Positions 43,670 to 54,433 of a stretch of 64,000 nt of DNA are shown in pieces. The stretch covers positions 359,734 to 423,733 of the forward strand of contig JABLXX010000005.1 of assembly GCA_013177825.1 (NCBI GenBank). Direction: 5' to 3'. A program made the translations under genes and the position numbers. Source of the DNA: Syntrophaceae bacterium. GTDB taxonomy: Bacteria; Desulfobacterota; Syntrophia; Syntrophales; PHBD01. The notes under the pieces were generated by a model that searched no databases, was not told where the DNA came from, and saw only the letters and a program-made list of their open reading frames with translations. How positions within the stretch are numbered: position 1 is the stretch's first letter; every line of letters starts with the position of its first letter.

Positions 43670-46296
43670 CGGCAGCCGAAATCCGGACGAAATTTCTAAA
43701 ATATTTCGAGGAGCACGGGCACACCATCGTACCCAGTTCATCCCTGATCCCCAAGGATGACCCGACGCTCCTGTTCACCAACTCGGGAATGGTCCAGTTC
43801 AAAAACTGCTTCCTGGGTCTGGAGGATCGGGGCTACACGCGGGCGACCAGCTCCCAGAAGTCCGTCCGGGCAGGGGGCAAGCACAACGACCTGGAAAACG
43901 TGGGCTATACGGCCCGCCACCATACGTTCTTCGAGATGCTCGGGAATTTCTCCTTCGGCGATTATTTCAAGAAGGAGTCCATCTTCTGGGGCTGGGACTT
44001 CCTGACCCGGGTCATGGGACTCCCGAAGGACAAGCTCTGGATCACCATCTACCAGGAGGACGACGAGGCCTTCGAGATCTGGAACAAGCAGATGGGCGTT
44101 CCGGCGGAGCGGATCGTCCGGATGGGGATGGAAAGCAATTTCTGGATGATGGGCGAAACCGGGCCCTGCGGGCCCTGTTCCGAGATCCTCTACGACCAGG
44201 GACCCTCCGTCGGCTGCGGCCGTCCCGAGTGCAGCGTGGAATGCGACTGCGACCGCCATCTGGAGATCTGGAACCACGTCTTCACCCAGTTTGACCGTGA
44301 CAAGGACGGCAACTACACCCCCCTGCCGAAACCGAACATCGACACCGGCATGGGCCTGGAGCGCCTCGCCGCGGTTGTCCAGGGACTGCAGAACAACTAC
44401 GACACGGACCTCTTCCAGCCGATCATCCAGTTCGTGGCGAACCTCTGCGGCAGGCCCTACGGCAGCAATCCCGACAGCGACGTCTCCCTGCGGGTCATCG
44501 CCGACCACAGCCGGGCCGTGACCTTTCTCATCGGCGACGGATGCCTCCCCAGCAACGAAGGCCGGGGCTACGTCCTCCGGCGCATCCTCCGCCGGGCCGC
44601 CCGTCACGGCAAGCTCCTTGGGCTGGACAAGCCCTTCCTGAACGAGATCGTCCCGGTCATCGTGAACCTCATGAAGGATCCCTACGACGACCTGGTCACG
44701 AAAGAGTCCTATATCCGGAAAGTCATCATCAACGAGGAGCAGCGTTTCATCGACACCCTCGACTCGGGCCTGAAGATCCTGGGCGACGAGGTGACGGCCC
44801 TCAAAAAAACCGGCGGGACCGTCGTTCCAGGGGCCGTGGTCTTCAAGCTCTACGACACGTTCGGCTTCCCCGTGGACCTCACGGCGGACATCGTCCGCAA
44901 GGACGGCCTGACCCTGGACACGGAGGGCTTCGAGCAGGCCATGGAGGCCCAGCGGGAGAAGGCCCGGGAATCCTGGAAGGGCAGTGGCGAGCAGGCCGTG
45001 GCGGACGTCTACAAGCGCCTCGCCGTCGACGGGATCACGACGAACTTCATCGGCTGGGAGGCGGTCACCGAGGCCGACTCTTACGTGACGGCCATTCTGA
45101 AGAAGGACGACAGGGTCGATGTCCTGGAGGAGGGGGAAAACGGCGAGATCTTCGTGGCCCAGACTCCCTTCTACGGCGAGAAGGGCGGACAGATCGGAGA
45201 CACGGGCGTCATTGAAGGCCCGGGCTTCCTCTTCGAGGTCTGGGACACCCAGACGCCCGTGGAGGACGTCCTCACTCACATCGGCAAGCTGAAGAAGGGC
45301 CGGATCCGGGTAGGCGACGAAGTCACGCTCAAGGTGGACCTGGAGACTAGGCGGGCCACGGAGGCCCACCACTCGGGGACTCACGTCCTGAACGCCGCCC
45401 TCCGGGCGGTCCTGGGCGACCACGTGAAGCAGTCGGGCTCGCTGGTGAATCCGGAGCGCCTCCGCTTCGACTTCACCCACTTCTCACGGATCGAAGAAGA
45501 CGAGATGCAGCGAATCGAGACGATCGCCAACGACATCATCCGCGGCAATTATCCCGTCGTGACGGCGGTCCTCCCCAAGGAGGAGGCCATGAAGACGGGG
45601 GCCGCGGCAGTCTTCGACGAGAAGTACGGCGACCAGGTGCGGGTCGTTCAGATGGGCGGCAGGAGCGCCGAACTCTGCGGCGGCACCCATGTCCTCCGGA
45701 CGGGCGACATCGGTCTCCTGAAGGTCGTCGGCGAGTCCTCCGTGGCTGCGGGCGTGCGGCGCATCGAGGCCATGGCGGGCCGGGAAGCGGTAAAATACGT
45801 CAAGGCCATCGAAGATGAACTCAAAAAGACGGCGGAACTCCTCAGGACCGGGCAGACCGAGGTGTCCGACCGGGTGGAGAAGCTCCTGAAGCACCAGCGC
45901 GACCTGGAAAAGGAGATCGAGGGCCTGAAGGGCAAGCTGGCGGCGAAGGACTCGGCGGACCTGATGGACCGGGCCCGGGAGATCAAGGGGGTCCGGGTCC
46001 TGGCGGCGCAGGTGGAGGCTCCGGATGTGAAGACCCTCCGCGATTTCGGGGACAAGGTCCGGGACAAGATGGGATCGGGGATCGTCCTCTTGGGCAGCCG
46101 CGTCGGGGACAAGGCGATGCTCCTATGCATGGTGACGAAGGACCTGGCCGGAAAGTACCACGCCGGAAACATCATCAAGGAACTGGCTCCCGTCGTGGGG
46201 GGCAGCGGCGGCGGGCGGCCCGACATGGCCCAGGCCGGCGGTCCGAAGCCGGAGAACATCGGGCAGGCTTTGGAAAAGATCGAAGAGTTGCTGTAA
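43666..46296 (+). CDS. alaS: Alanine--tRNA ligase
   Basis: Contains FTNSGMVQFK, HHTFFEMLGNFSFGDYFK, the editing-domain HSGTHVLN and CGGTHV, and a C-terminal DHHA1 domain. Confidence 0.97.
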   Translation: MTAAEIRTKFLKYFEEHGHTIVPSSSLIPKDDPTLLFTNSGMVQFKNCFLGLEDRGYTRATSSQKSVRAGGKHNDLENVGYTARHHTFFEMLGNFSFGDYFKKESIFWGWDFLTRVMGLPKDKLWITIYQEDDEAFEIWNKQMGVPAERIVRMGMESNFWMMGETGPCGPCSEILYDQGPSVGCGRPECSVECDCDRHLEIWNHVFTQFDRDKDGNYTPLPKPNIDTGMGLERLAAVVQGLQNNYDTDLFQPIIQFVANLCGRPYGSNPDSDVSLRVIADHSRAVTFLIGDGCLPSNEGRGYVLRRILRRAARHGKLLGLDKPFLNEIVPVIVNLMKDPYDDLVTKESYIRKVIINEEQRFIDTLDSGLKILGDEVTALKKTGGTVVPGAVVFKLYDTFGFPVDLTADIVRKDGLTLDTEGFEQAMEAQREKARESWKGSGEQAVADVYKRLAVDGITTNFIGWEAVTEADSYVTAILKKDDRVDVLEEGENGEIFVAQTPFYGEKGGQIGDTGVIEGPGFLFEVWDTQTPVEDVLTHIGKLKKGRIRVGDEVTLKVDLETRRATEAHHSGTHVLNAALRAVLGDHVKQSGSLVNPERLRFDFTHFSRIEEDEMQRIETIANDIIRGNYPVVTAVLPKEEAMKTGAAAVFDEKYGDQVRVVQMGGRSAELCGGTHVLRTGDIGLLKVVGESSVAAGVRRIEAMAGREAVKYVKAIEDELKKTAELLRTGQTEVSDRVEKLLKHQRDLEKEIEGLKGKLAAKDSADLMDRAREIKGVRVLAAQVEAPDVKTLRDFGDKVRDKMGSGIVLLGSRVGDKAMLLCMVTKDLAGKYHAGNIIKELAPVVGGSGGGRPDMAQAGGPKPENIGQALEKIEELL

Positions 46297-46443
46297 CGGG
46301 CTGTTGAAAAACACGGGTCTGCTTCGTTATCCCTCATCCTCGCCACTCGATACACGCCAAGGTACGACTCTTGGCTGGGGACTTCGGGAGCCTCGCATCC
46401 GGACCTTTTTCTAAACAGCTCTGACAACAGGGATATTGTGGAG

Positions 46444-46468
46444 GGGGGCAGATTTGAATCTGTCCCCC
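46444..46468. terminator. Hairpin between convergent alaS and SDR genes (terminator-like)
   Basis: GGGGGCAGAT-ttga-ATCTG(t)CCCCC forms a 10-bp stem with one bulge. On the plus strand it is followed by ttgctcatttt. The U-tract is weak. Confidence 0.35.
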
Positions 46469-46478
46469 TTGCTCATTT

Positions 46479-47237
46479 TCAGGCGAGATACCCGCCATCG
46501 CACACGATACACGCCCCCGTCGTGAAGGACGAGGCGTCCGAAACCAGATAAAGGACCGCCCCGGCCATCTCACTCGGCTGCGCGGCCCTGCCCAAGGGGA
46601 TCTGCTGCACCGCCATACGGTAGATTTCCTCGTTGTCGATGAGGGCACTGGAAAATTTGGTTTGCGTCAGCCCGGGGAGCAGTGCGTTCACGCGGATATT
46701 CTTCGCGGCCAGCTCTTTCGCGAAGGCTTTCGTCATGGAGATCAGCGCCGCTTTTGTAATGGAGTAAATTCCCTGGAACGCAGCCGGCCGGATGCCGTTC
46801 ACGGAGGAGACGTTGACGATGACTCCTCCCCCGGAGGCAACCATCAGCGGCACCGCCTTCTGGATCAGGAAAAAAGGCCCTTTGAGATTGATCTCATGGG
46901 TTTTGTCCCACGCCGACTCCTCGACGCCGGTCATTTCCCCGAAGTAGGGATTGGTGGCGGCATTGTTGACCAGGATATGAAGGCAGCCGTACTTTTCCCG
47001 GATTCCATCCATCATCGCCCCGATCTGGCGGATGTCACCCATGTGGCAGGCCATGGAATCCGCTTTGCCTCCGGCGGCCCTGATCTTATCTTCTACGATC
47101 CTGAGGGCGTCAATTTTTCTGCTCACGAGGACGCAATGAGCCCCGTGTTCCGCCAGGCAAAGGGCGACGGCTTCCCCGATTCCCCGGCTTGCTCCGGTGA
47201 TTAAGGCAATCTTTCCGTTCAGTGAAAACAAACTCAT
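46479..47237 (-). CDS. SDR-family oxidoreductase (FabG-like)
   Basis: Contains TGASRGIG, NNA and the YSITKAAL (YxxxK) catalytic motif. The start at 47237 has AGGAAGGAGGA upstream. The tracked ORF is N-terminally over-extended. Confidence 0.85.
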   Translation of the reverse strand: MSLFSLNGKIALITGASRGIGEAVALCLAEHGAHCVLVSRKIDALRIVEDKIRAAGGKADSMACHMGDIRQIGAMMDGIREKYGCLHILVNNAATNPYFGEMTGVEESAWDKTHEINLKGPFFLIQKAVPLMVASGGGVIVNVSSVNGIRPAAFQGIYSITKAALISMTKAFAKELAAKNIRVNALLPGLTQTKFSSALIDNEEIYRMAVQQIPLGRAAQPSEMAGAVLYLVSDASSFTTGACIVCDGGYLA

Positions 47238-47413
47238 GAAGTCCTCCTTCCTGTTTCTGCCCACCGGTTTCGACCATATACGGGCCGGTCCACGCGGCCG
47301 TTTCCGGGGAGACAGGTCTCCAGCCTTCAAAAAACAAGGGGATCGAGACTCCAACGTCCCCACCCCCTGATGCAAACCTGAATTTGCCGGCCCGATCCCG
47401 GCTGAAGGCCAGC

Positions 47414-47905
47414 CTATCTCGCTTTGGTCATCATGTCGAGCGCGAATGCCTTTGCGTCCGCCAGGTCCGCCGCGTCGGGATGGCTGTCGGCGCCCCTTGC
47501 CTCCTCTCCCCAGGCCTTGTGCTCCGGCTGCTTCAGCAGCATTTCGATGATCCGGGGGTCCACCTTCCCCCGGCAGCCGAAATGTCCCAGGACCGTGGCC
47601 TTCACCGCCAGCCCGAGGGCGTCCTCGAAGGCCTGCCGGGCCAGTTGGCCGCCCCGGAGCGAACCGTGGGTGGAAAAGAACGCCACCTTCTGCCCTGCCT
47701 TGAGATTGCGAATGATCGGCTGCGCCGCCTCAGGTACGCTGTGGGCATGGACAGGGAAACCGATGAACAGGATATCGAATCCCTCGGTACTCTGTGTGTC
47801 CTTGATGGACTTGATCGCTTTTTCCGCGTCGATGGCCTCGAAGATGGCCCGGGCCACTTTTTCAGTGTTGCCACTCATGGAGAAATACGTAACCAGTGCC
47901 TTCAT
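47414..47905 (-). CDS. Flavodoxin-family protein
   Basis: MKALVTYFSMSGNTEKVA is an FMN phosphate-binding loop. The protein is ~160 aa. GGAGG lies upstream of the Met at 47905. Confidence 0.75.
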   Translation of the reverse strand: MKALVTYFSMSGNTEKVARAIFEAIDAEKAIKSIKDTQSTEGFDILFIGFPVHAHSVPEAAQPIIRNLKAGQKVAFFSTHGSLRGGQLARQAFEDALGLAVKATVLGHFGCRGKVDPRIIEMLLKQPEHKAWGEEARGADSHPDAADLADAKAFALDMMTKAR

Positions 47906-48013
47906 CCCGACCTCCATACAAGTATTTTCCTTGTTAATACGGGATTTTCCGTCGGAATGCAAGCATCGCCTACCGACCCTCTCCGCTCGATCTTCCCGCC
48001 AACAAGTTCATAC

Positions 48014-48979
48014 TCAACGCGCCAAATAGAAAAGCCGGTCCCCTTCTTCGTCCTCTGCAACAAGCCCTTCGTCCACGAGTTCCACCAGATGCACGTAGGT
48101 CTCGTTGAGAGCCAGGAACTGATCGAAGTCCGGAAGGTCCGGACCGAACAGATCCGCCGAGACCGCCACCGCCTGCCGGCGTCCCTTCCGGACCGACGCC
48201 AGGACGAGGCTCTTCCTCTCTTCATGGTGGAGAAGGATCTCCGCCACCCGCTTCTGCAGATCGTTGAAGGGCTCTCCGTGGGCCGGCCAGATCCGCTGGA
48301 CCGGCAGGGTCGAGATCTCCCGGAGGGAGGCCAGAAAACTCCGGAGGACCCGAAAGTCCCGGTCGAACAGGTCGGGGCTCAGGTTGGGGGTAATGTCCGG
48401 CAGGACATGGTCCCCCGAAAGCAGGAGGCCCTCCTCCGGGAAAAAGAAAACCACATGTCCCCGGGTATGCCCCGGCGTCTGATACACGCGGAACGGCCGT
48501 CCGTATACTGCATGATTTTCCTGCAGGGCGGGGCAGGATTCGGGATCGAAAGGTACCTGGGAGTTGCGGAAATGTACTAGGAGCTTCGACATGATGGCGA
48601 GGGCCTTCTCCGGCAGGCCGTGGACGGCATAGAAATCCCGGAGAACGAGGGCGAGTCGCTCCTGGTTCGCGTTCTCCCGGATGTAGAGCCGGCTGGCCTC
48701 GGAAAAGAGGATTTCCGCCCCCGATTCACGGCGGATCCGCCCCGCCATGCCGAGGTGATCGGTATGATGGTGGCTGATGAAGATGCGTTCCACGTCCCGG
48801 ACCGAACAGCCAAGGTCGCTCAGGGAGCGCTCCAGTTTGGCGAAAGCCTCGGGCGAATTCATCCCCGTGTCGAACAGGGTCACCCGTCCCTCGTGAAGAA
48901 GTGCGTAGATGTGGACGTGCTGCAGCCGAAAGGGCATGGGGAGCGTGATGCGGTAGAAGCGGTCGGCGATTTCCTGCAT
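48014..48979 (-). CDS. MBL-fold metallo-hydrolase with C-terminal winged-helix-like tail
   Basis: Contains the HHHTDH motif (ISHHHTDHLG), TPGHTRGH and later His/Asp ligands. The start was chosen at MQEIADRFY. Confidence 0.8.
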   Translation of the reverse strand: MQEIADRFYRITLPMPFRLQHVHIYALLHEGRVTLFDTGMNSPEAFAKLERSLSDLGCSVRDVERIFISHHHTDHLGMAGRIRRESGAEILFSEASRLYIRENANQERLALVLRDFYAVHGLPEKALAIMSKLLVHFRNSQVPFDPESCPALQENHAVYGRPFRVYQTPGHTRGHVVFFFPEEGLLLSGDHVLPDITPNLSPDLFDRDFRVLRSFLASLREISTLPVQRIWPAHGEPFNDLQKRVAEILLHHEERKSLVLASVRKGRRQAVAVSADLFGPDLPDFDQFLALNETYVHLVELVDEGLVAEDEEGDRLFYLAR

Positions 48980-49331
48980 GATCGTAGCGGGCTCCTTGTG
49001 CGGGTCCGGTCCCGGACCCCGGAATTGTGGCTGGGTGCGATCTTTCCCCGGCCGGGGGAAAGGCACCGTCGTTTCTCGCCCATCGTCCGCTCCTTGTCAA
49101 GAACGCGATGCACCCCATGACGAGGATTCCCGTGTCCCGGGTGCCAAACGAAGGACGAGACGGAAACGGGCAGGTGCAAGTCGGCGGATGCGGAAGGAAA
49201 CCCCGCGCTTCTTTCCGCATCAAGGCCCTTCCCCATGCCCGGCGGCGTCTCCGCCGGAAAAGGAGACTTGATCTTTCCGGGAAATCCGATACATTACGCC
49301 ACGAAAAAAACACTCGGAGCGGAACGAAAAA

Positions 49332-49835
49332 ATGCCGGTTTATGAATTCTATTGCCGCAAGTGCAACACCGTCTTCAATTTTTACTCCAGGACGGCCAAC
49401 ACGGACAAGGTTCCCTTCTGTCCGCACTGCAAACGGGTTCGCCTGAAACGCCAGATGTCCGTTTTTGCAAAGGTTTCCGGAAAACGGGACGAGATTGCGG
49501 GAGCGGAGGCGGACATGCCTCCCATCGACGAGGACCGGATGGAAAAGGCCATGGCCATGCTGGCCGGCGAGGCGGACCGCATCAGCGAGGACGACCCCCG
49601 GCAGGCCGCCGCCCTGATGCGCAAGCTCACCGACGCCACAGGGCTCAACCTCGGGCCGGGCATGGAGGAAGCGCTGCGAAGGCTGGAGCGGGGCGAGGAT
49701 CCGGACCGGATCGAGGAGGAAATGGGCGCGCTCCTGGAGGCAGAGGAACCGTTTCTGCTGGATGGGAAAGGAACCGGCACGAAGGGTGGAAAGAAACCCC
49801 GGCCGCGGGTGGATGAGACCCTCTATGACCTGTAA
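49332..49835 (+). CDS. FmdB-family zinc-ribbon protein with long acidic C-terminal extension
   Basis: MPVYEFYCRKCNTVF...CPHCK forms a CxxC...CxxC ribbon. Confidence 0.7.
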   Translation: MPVYEFYCRKCNTVFNFYSRTANTDKVPFCPHCKRVRLKRQMSVFAKVSGKRDEIAGAEADMPPIDEDRMEKAMAMLAGEADRISEDDPRQAAALMRKLTDATGLNLGPGMEEALRRLERGEDPDRIEEEMGALLEAEEPFLLDGKGTGTKGGKKPRPRVDETLYDL

Positions 49836-49838
49836 CGA

Positions 49839-50450
49839 TCAGATCTTCAGCAGATCCTCCGGGGCGTCGGCAATCAGATCCGGCTCCGCTGCCACGAGGG
49901 TCTCCCGGCTGTGCCAGCCCCAGGTGACGGCGACCGCCTTCACCCCTGCCTGCTTGGCCTCGCGGATGTCTCCCGCCGTGTCCCCGATGTAATAGGTGCA
50001 GTCCTTGTCGATTTCATAGGACTCCATGGCATGGGTGATCTTGGCGGTCTTGCTGAGCATGAAGTCGGATCCCAGGATGGCCCGGAAACAGCCGTTGAAG
50101 CGGTTGCTCTCCAGGGTCTTCCGGATGGACCGGGAGCCGCTGGAGGAGATGATCAAAAGCGCGTTCCCCTCGCACAGCTTCTCCAGAACGGGCAACAGAA
50201 AGGGGAAGAGCCGCATCGAAGTGAAGTCGACCTCTGCCAGAACGCCCGGTGAGGCCTTCAGGAACTCCTCCAGATTCACCCCCCGGCGGACGATCTCCTC
50301 ATAGAAGTTCCCTTCGAACAGCTCCAGAAAGTCGGCCCTGTTTTTTACGATGGGCTGGCCGATGCGGTTCAGGCACTCCCGCACCGTCCACTCGTAGGTC
50401 TCCAGCGAATCGGCGATCACGCCGTCAAAGTCGAAGAGAAACAGCTTCAT
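49839..50450 (-). CDS. HAD-superfamily hydrolase (phosphoglycolate phosphatase-like)
   Basis: MKLFLFDFDGVIADS is motif I (DxDG). Motif III/IV is YYIGDTAGDI. Confidence 0.8.
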   Translation of the reverse strand: MKLFLFDFDGVIADSLETYEWTVRECLNRIGQPIVKNRADFLELFEGNFYEEIVRRGVNLEEFLKASPGVLAEVDFTSMRLFPFLLPVLEKLCEGNALLIISSSGSRSIRKTLESNRFNGCFRAILGSDFMLSKTAKITHAMESYEIDKDCTYYIGDTAGDIREAKQAGVKAVAVTWGWHSRETLVAAEPDLIADAPEDLLKI

Positions 50451-50645
50451 CGGTCGGCATACTCCATCCGGTGTTCTTGCGCCGGTCGTCGCTGAGGGAA
50501 GGAAGGGTCGGCCAGCGTCTCCGGCGGAGGTTTGTCTCTATAGCCGGAGTATCCGCCGAACGCAAGCAAAGGACGGGGGAATCATCCCTGTTCCACCCAT
50601 GGCGGCAAAACGCGGGATTCACGCCCGAACTTCCCGGCTTTCGCA

Positions 50646-51563
50646 TTATGGACGGGACGGCAGCAGGTCTTCCAGCGCCGACGGAAGGTCGGGGAACTGG
50701 AAGTGGAACCCCTCCTTCAGGAGCCGTCCCGGCATGACCTTCTGACCCTTCAGGATCACCCCGCCGAACTCGCCCAGGACGAGGCGCATCAGGAAGCCCG
50801 GCACCGGTGGAAGAAAGGCGGGGACGCGGAGGGCGTCCGCCAGGGCCCGCGTGAACTCTGTGTTCCGCACCGGGCCGGGTGCGGTGCAGTTGAAGGGGCC
50901 GTCGAGATCGGTCCGCTCCATCAGGTACAGAAAGATGCGGGCCAGGTCACCCTCGTGAATCCAGGAGAACCACTGCCTGCCGCTGCCCACGGGGCTTCCG
51001 GCATGGAGCCGGAAAAGGCGCTCCAAGGGCGCCAGGGCGCCGCCGCCCCGGCCCAGGACGATGCCGAAGCGACAGGTCATGACGCGTACCCCCGCCTCGC
51101 GGGCTCGCATTGCCTCGGCCTCCCAGTCCACGGCCAGGCGGGCCAGGAAGTCTTCGCCCAGTCCATCGCTTTCATGGAGGTCGCCCTCGTCGTGGAATCC
51201 ATAATACCCGACGGCAGAAGTGCTGAGCAGGTGGGTCTCCCTTCCGCTCCGGCCTCGAAGGGCTTCTACGAGGTTCCGGGTGGTGAGAATCCGGCTCTCC
51301 CGGAGGTCCCGCTTACGCCGCTCTGTCCAGCGGCTGAAAATTGAGGCTCCCGCCAGATTGATGAACACCTCATGGGTCACCGCCCGGTCTTGCCAGGGAC
51401 CGGGCCGGGTCGGGTCTCCCTCCAGGTATCGGGCTCCCGCCGGCAGTGCCGGCCGTCCCTCCCCCGGACGGGTGAGAATCGTGACCTCGTGTCCCCTCGC
51501 CGTGAAGGCCTTTGTCAGTTTCGTCCCGACGAAACCCGTGCCTCCCGTCATAAAGATCATCAT
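50646..51563 (-). CDS. TIGR01777/YfcH-like NAD-dependent epimerase family protein (with DUF1731-type C-terminus)
   Basis: Contains the TGGTGFVG Rossmann motif. At ~300 aa, the C-terminal segment is LLKEGFHFQFPDL. Confidence 0.8.
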   Translation of the reverse strand: MMIFMTGGTGFVGTKLTKAFTARGHEVTILTRPGEGRPALPAGARYLEGDPTRPGPWQDRAVTHEVFINLAGASIFSRWTERRKRDLRESRILTTRNLVEALRGRSGRETHLLSTSAVGYYGFHDEGDLHESDGLGEDFLARLAVDWEAEAMRAREAGVRVMTCRFGIVLGRGGGALAPLERLFRLHAGSPVGSGRQWFSWIHEGDLARIFLYLMERTDLDGPFNCTAPGPVRNTEFTRALADALRVPAFLPPVPGFLMRLVLGEFGGVILKGQKVMPGRLLKEGFHFQFPDLPSALEDLLPSRP

Positions 51564-51645
51564 GGTGGGTCCCTCCCCAGCCTGCCCTGTTCACATCCTC
51601 CTTCGGGAATGGACTCCGGTTCCGCCCTCGCCCTCCGGCACTGGC

Positions 51646-53253
51646 CTATGCGCTGCCTGCCGGAGACGGAGGTCGTTCATCCGCCACCTCCCCGGCCTCG
51701 TTCTCCTCTCCGTTCCTCACTGACCTCCCGTTTTCAACACTGGCGGCGTATTTAAGAGTACGGGTTGCGCGATCGACCGTGCTGACCTCGGGCAGGTCCT
51801 TTCCCGTCGCTGCACCAAACTCCTTGAACCTCCGAGCGCTCACGAGAACACGGCTCTCCAGGGAACCGACAGCCTCGTTGTAGGCACCTACCGCCCGTTC
51901 CAGCCCCGCGCGGAGGCCGTCAAAGTGGCCGGCCAATGTGAGCAGCCGGTCGTAGAGCGTCTTCCCCATGTCGCTGATGGCCTGGGCGTTCTCGGCGATC
52001 CGCTCCTGCCTCCACCCGTAGGCGACGGCTCGGAGGAGGGCGATCAGGGTGGTCGGTGTCGCCAGGATCACCCCTTTGTCGACCCCGAACTCGATCAGCG
52101 ACGGATCCTGCTCGAGAGCGGCGCTGAAGAACGTCTCCCCGGGAAGGAACAGGACGACAAACTCCGGTGACGGGGAGACATGGGCGGAATAGGTCTTGGC
52201 AGAGAGCTTGGTCAGATGAACGCGGATCTGCTGGGCATGGGCCTTCAGCCGCTCGACCCGGACTGCCTCGTCCTTCGCCTCCAGCGCATCCAGGTATGCC
52301 TGGAGAGGCGCCTTCGAATCGACGACGATGCTCCGGTTACTCGGAAGTCGGACGATCAGGTCGGGACGGGCCGAACCGTCCTCCGTCGCAAAGGTTTCCT
52401 GCTGGTTGAAATCGCAATGTTCCACCATGCCTGCCAGTTCGACGACCCGCTGGAGCTGGATCTCTCCCCAGCGGCCCCGGACGGCCGGCGCCCGGAGCGC
52501 CTTCACGAGGTTCGACGTCTCCGCCGTAAGCTGCGACTGGGCGGAGGCCATCGAACGGATCTGCTCCAGGAGGCCCGAGTAAGCGGAGGTCCGCTCCTTC
52601 TCGATTTCCTGGATCTTGACGTCCACTTTCTCCAGGGACTCCCGGATCGGGTTCACCAGGGCCTCAACGGCCTTACTCCGCGCCTCCAGATCACCCCGGG
52701 CCGCCTCCTGGTATTTTTCCAGGGATGCCTTCGCCAGTTCCAGAAACGACTGGTTGTTGCTCTTGAGCGCTTCCGCCGACAGGGCCTGGAAGGCATCTCC
52801 CAGCTTCCGGCGGGCCTCGTCCAGGAGGGCGATTTTCTCGGCCGCCCCTTTTCGCTCCTCCTCGGCGCGGGCCTCCACCTCGGCGATCCGCGCCTGCAAA
52901 GCGGCCATGTCCATCCGCAGGCGGTCCGACTCCACCTCCCTGGTCCGGAGGGCATCCTCCAGTTGAGGAATGCGGGCGTTTCTCTCCTCGGCGGCAGCCC
53001 GGGCGTTCGATTCGGCTTTTTGCTCATCCCTGATCCGAGCCAGGGATTCTCCCGACCGCTCGGCGGCTTCCTTCAGATCCCGGATCTGGAAATCTTTCGC
53101 CGCCAGGCGCTCCGTCAGGACGGCCTTCTCGCCATCCCAGACGGCCGCCGAATCCGCATCGGTGGAGGCCTTCTTCCCCAGGATCATCCGGGCGATCACC
53201 GCCCCGATCAGAACGCCGACGGCAAGGAAAACCGGATACATCCACACTTCCAT
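51646..53253 (-). CDS. rmuC: DNA recombination protein RmuC
   Basis: An N-terminal TM is followed by a long coiled coil. The RmuC nuclease-like core includes [21 protein letters not shown] and [10 protein letters not shown]. The start at 53253 has AAGGAGAAG upstream. Confidence 0.85.
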   Translation of the reverse strand: MEVWMYPVFLAVGVLIGAVIARMILGKKASTDADSAAVWDGEKAVLTERLAAKDFQIRDLKEAAERSGESLARIRDEQKAESNARAAAEERNARIPQLEDALRTREVESDRLRMDMAALQARIAEVEARAEEERKGAAEKIALLDEARRKLGDAFQALSAEALKSNNQSFLELAKASLEKYQEAARGDLEARSKAVEALVNPIRESLEKVDVKIQEIEKERTSAYSGLLEQIRSMASAQSQLTAETSNLVKALRAPAVRGRWGEIQLQRVVELAGMVEHCDFNQQETFATEDGSARPDLIVRLPSNRSIVVDSKAPLQAYLDALEAKDEAVRVERLKAHAQQIRVHLTKLSAKTYSAHVSPSPEFVVLFLPGETFFSAALEQDPSLIEFGVDKGVILATPTTLIALLRAVAYGWRQERIAENAQAISDMGKTLYDRLLTLAGHFDGLRAGLERAVGAYNEAVGSLESRVLVSARRFKEFGAATGKDLPEVSTVDRATRTLKYAASVENGRSVRNGEENEAGEVADERPPSPAGSA

Positions 53254-53336
53254 GGAATCTTCTCCTTTCCACTGTCCGGGACAAAGGCCTGATGTGCAGG
53301 GAAACGGACGGGAGCCCCCGTTCCGGCCCGGCTGCG

Positions 53337-54329
53337 TCAGGGTTGCACGGAATGGACCCGGATCTTCCCCGCCCCCCAGGCTGTCTCCCGACCCAGGTGG
53401 GTCCGCTCGCAAAAACGAAGATAGGGCAGGAACTCTCCGAGGGGACCTTCATAGGTCACTTCGCCGACAACCCTCCCGGAATGCGCGGATGAATCGGGCC
53501 GTCGGCCCGGACGTTCCTCCCCCCTCCGCCGGAGGCTCGACTTCATCACCCGCACGCCGGCTGCCCTGGAGATGAGCCCAGGTGCGTCGAGTGACAGTTG
53601 TCCTTTCCCGTAGGTCCTGTTGAGTGTGAGGATCCGGCCCAGGATGGACTGCACCAGGACGGGGAAGGACAGGACGTCCTCCCGGCTCGACCCGGCGATT
53701 CCGACGAGCGGCGAGACCAGGTGCACGGTGACGGCGGTAACCGGGGACGACAACGCCTTTTCCGCATCCGCCAGGAGTCCTGCCCGCAGGTCTTCGGCGA
53801 AATCGCCTTCCCGGAGACTACGCTCGCGGCCGTGCCAGATGATTTCGTCGCCTGCCACGACGGAAGCGACGACAAAACGCGAGCGGCCCTTCTCCATTCG
53901 GCGGCCGATTCCCAGCCGTCCCATCTCTTCGAAGGTCTGGATGAAATGGAGAATGTGTTCGTTGCTTCTACCGAAGAGGATCAATCCGAAATCGAAAGGG
54001 TCCTCGCGCCGGAACGAGGTCCCGGTTGTTTCCGGCGGTTCGATGACGAAGGGGGAAGGGATGGTCGTGGAGCGGATCTTTCCCTTGGGGAACGGGGGCA
54101 GCAGATGGTGATTCGCCGGAGGCGGGCTCGAGAACAGGAGAGGGTAAAGGCAGCGCCGGTCAAGGATGCAGCCGGCACAGTCCTTCTGTTTCATCGCACA
54201 GACGACATGCCGGAGAGCCAGGCCGAAGGTGTTTCGGAAGATCGATCCCTTGGATTCGGGAAGGACGGCATCGTCCAGGAGTGTTCCGTGGAACCGGTAG
54301 TATCCGCATAGCATCGGGAAGGTCTCCAT
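53337..54329 (-). CDS. Cas6-family RAMP-like protein (PF10040/DUF2276-type pattern), orphan
   Basis: The N-terminal pattern is [44 protein letters not shown]. This matches, from memory, the LPxYKGSTLRGAFGxAL..C..C..C..C.Y..F pattern of that Cas6 family. A C-terminal Gly-rich loop ([13 protein letters not shown]) is present. This has not been verified by search. Confidence 0.45.
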   Translation of the reverse strand: METFPMLCGYYRFHGTLLDDAVLPESKGSIFRNTFGLALRHVVCAMKQKDCAGCILDRRCLYPLLFSSPPPANHHLLPPFPKGKIRSTTIPSPFVIEPPETTGTSFRREDPFDFGLILFGRSNEHILHFIQTFEEMGRLGIGRRMEKGRSRFVVASVVAGDEIIWHGRERSLREGDFAEDLRAGLLADAEKALSSPVTAVTVHLVSPLVGIAGSSREDVLSFPVLVQSILGRILTLNRTYGKGQLSLDAPGLISRAAGVRVMKSSLRRRGEERPGRRPDSSAHSGRVVGEVTYEGPLGEFLPYLRFCERTHLGRETAWGAGKIRVHSVQP

Positions 54330-54433
54330 GTATCCCGCAGCCGCGGGCTCAGAGGTTTCAATCGGAAAAGAAAAGGCCGAGAAGCAGGCGCTGCACTACC
54401 ACTTATACCGCGTGAAAGCAATCGTTCCACCGC

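Noticed and set aside
43738-45480. 580-aa minus-strand ORF
   Set aside because: It is antisense to alaS, whose identity is unambiguous. This is a shadow ORF.
46479-53412. N-terminal extensions of several tracked ORFs (e.g. 46479-47375, 47414-47962, 48014-49066, 51646-53412; likewise 54434-55597, 58380-59939, 15901-16329 and 42075-43181)
   Set aside because: The ORF track uses the longest open frame, including GTG/TTG starts. Internal Met codons preceded by GGAGG-like Shine-Dalgarno sequences, together with the canonical N-termini of the protein families, indicate shorter genes. I report the shorter coordinates.
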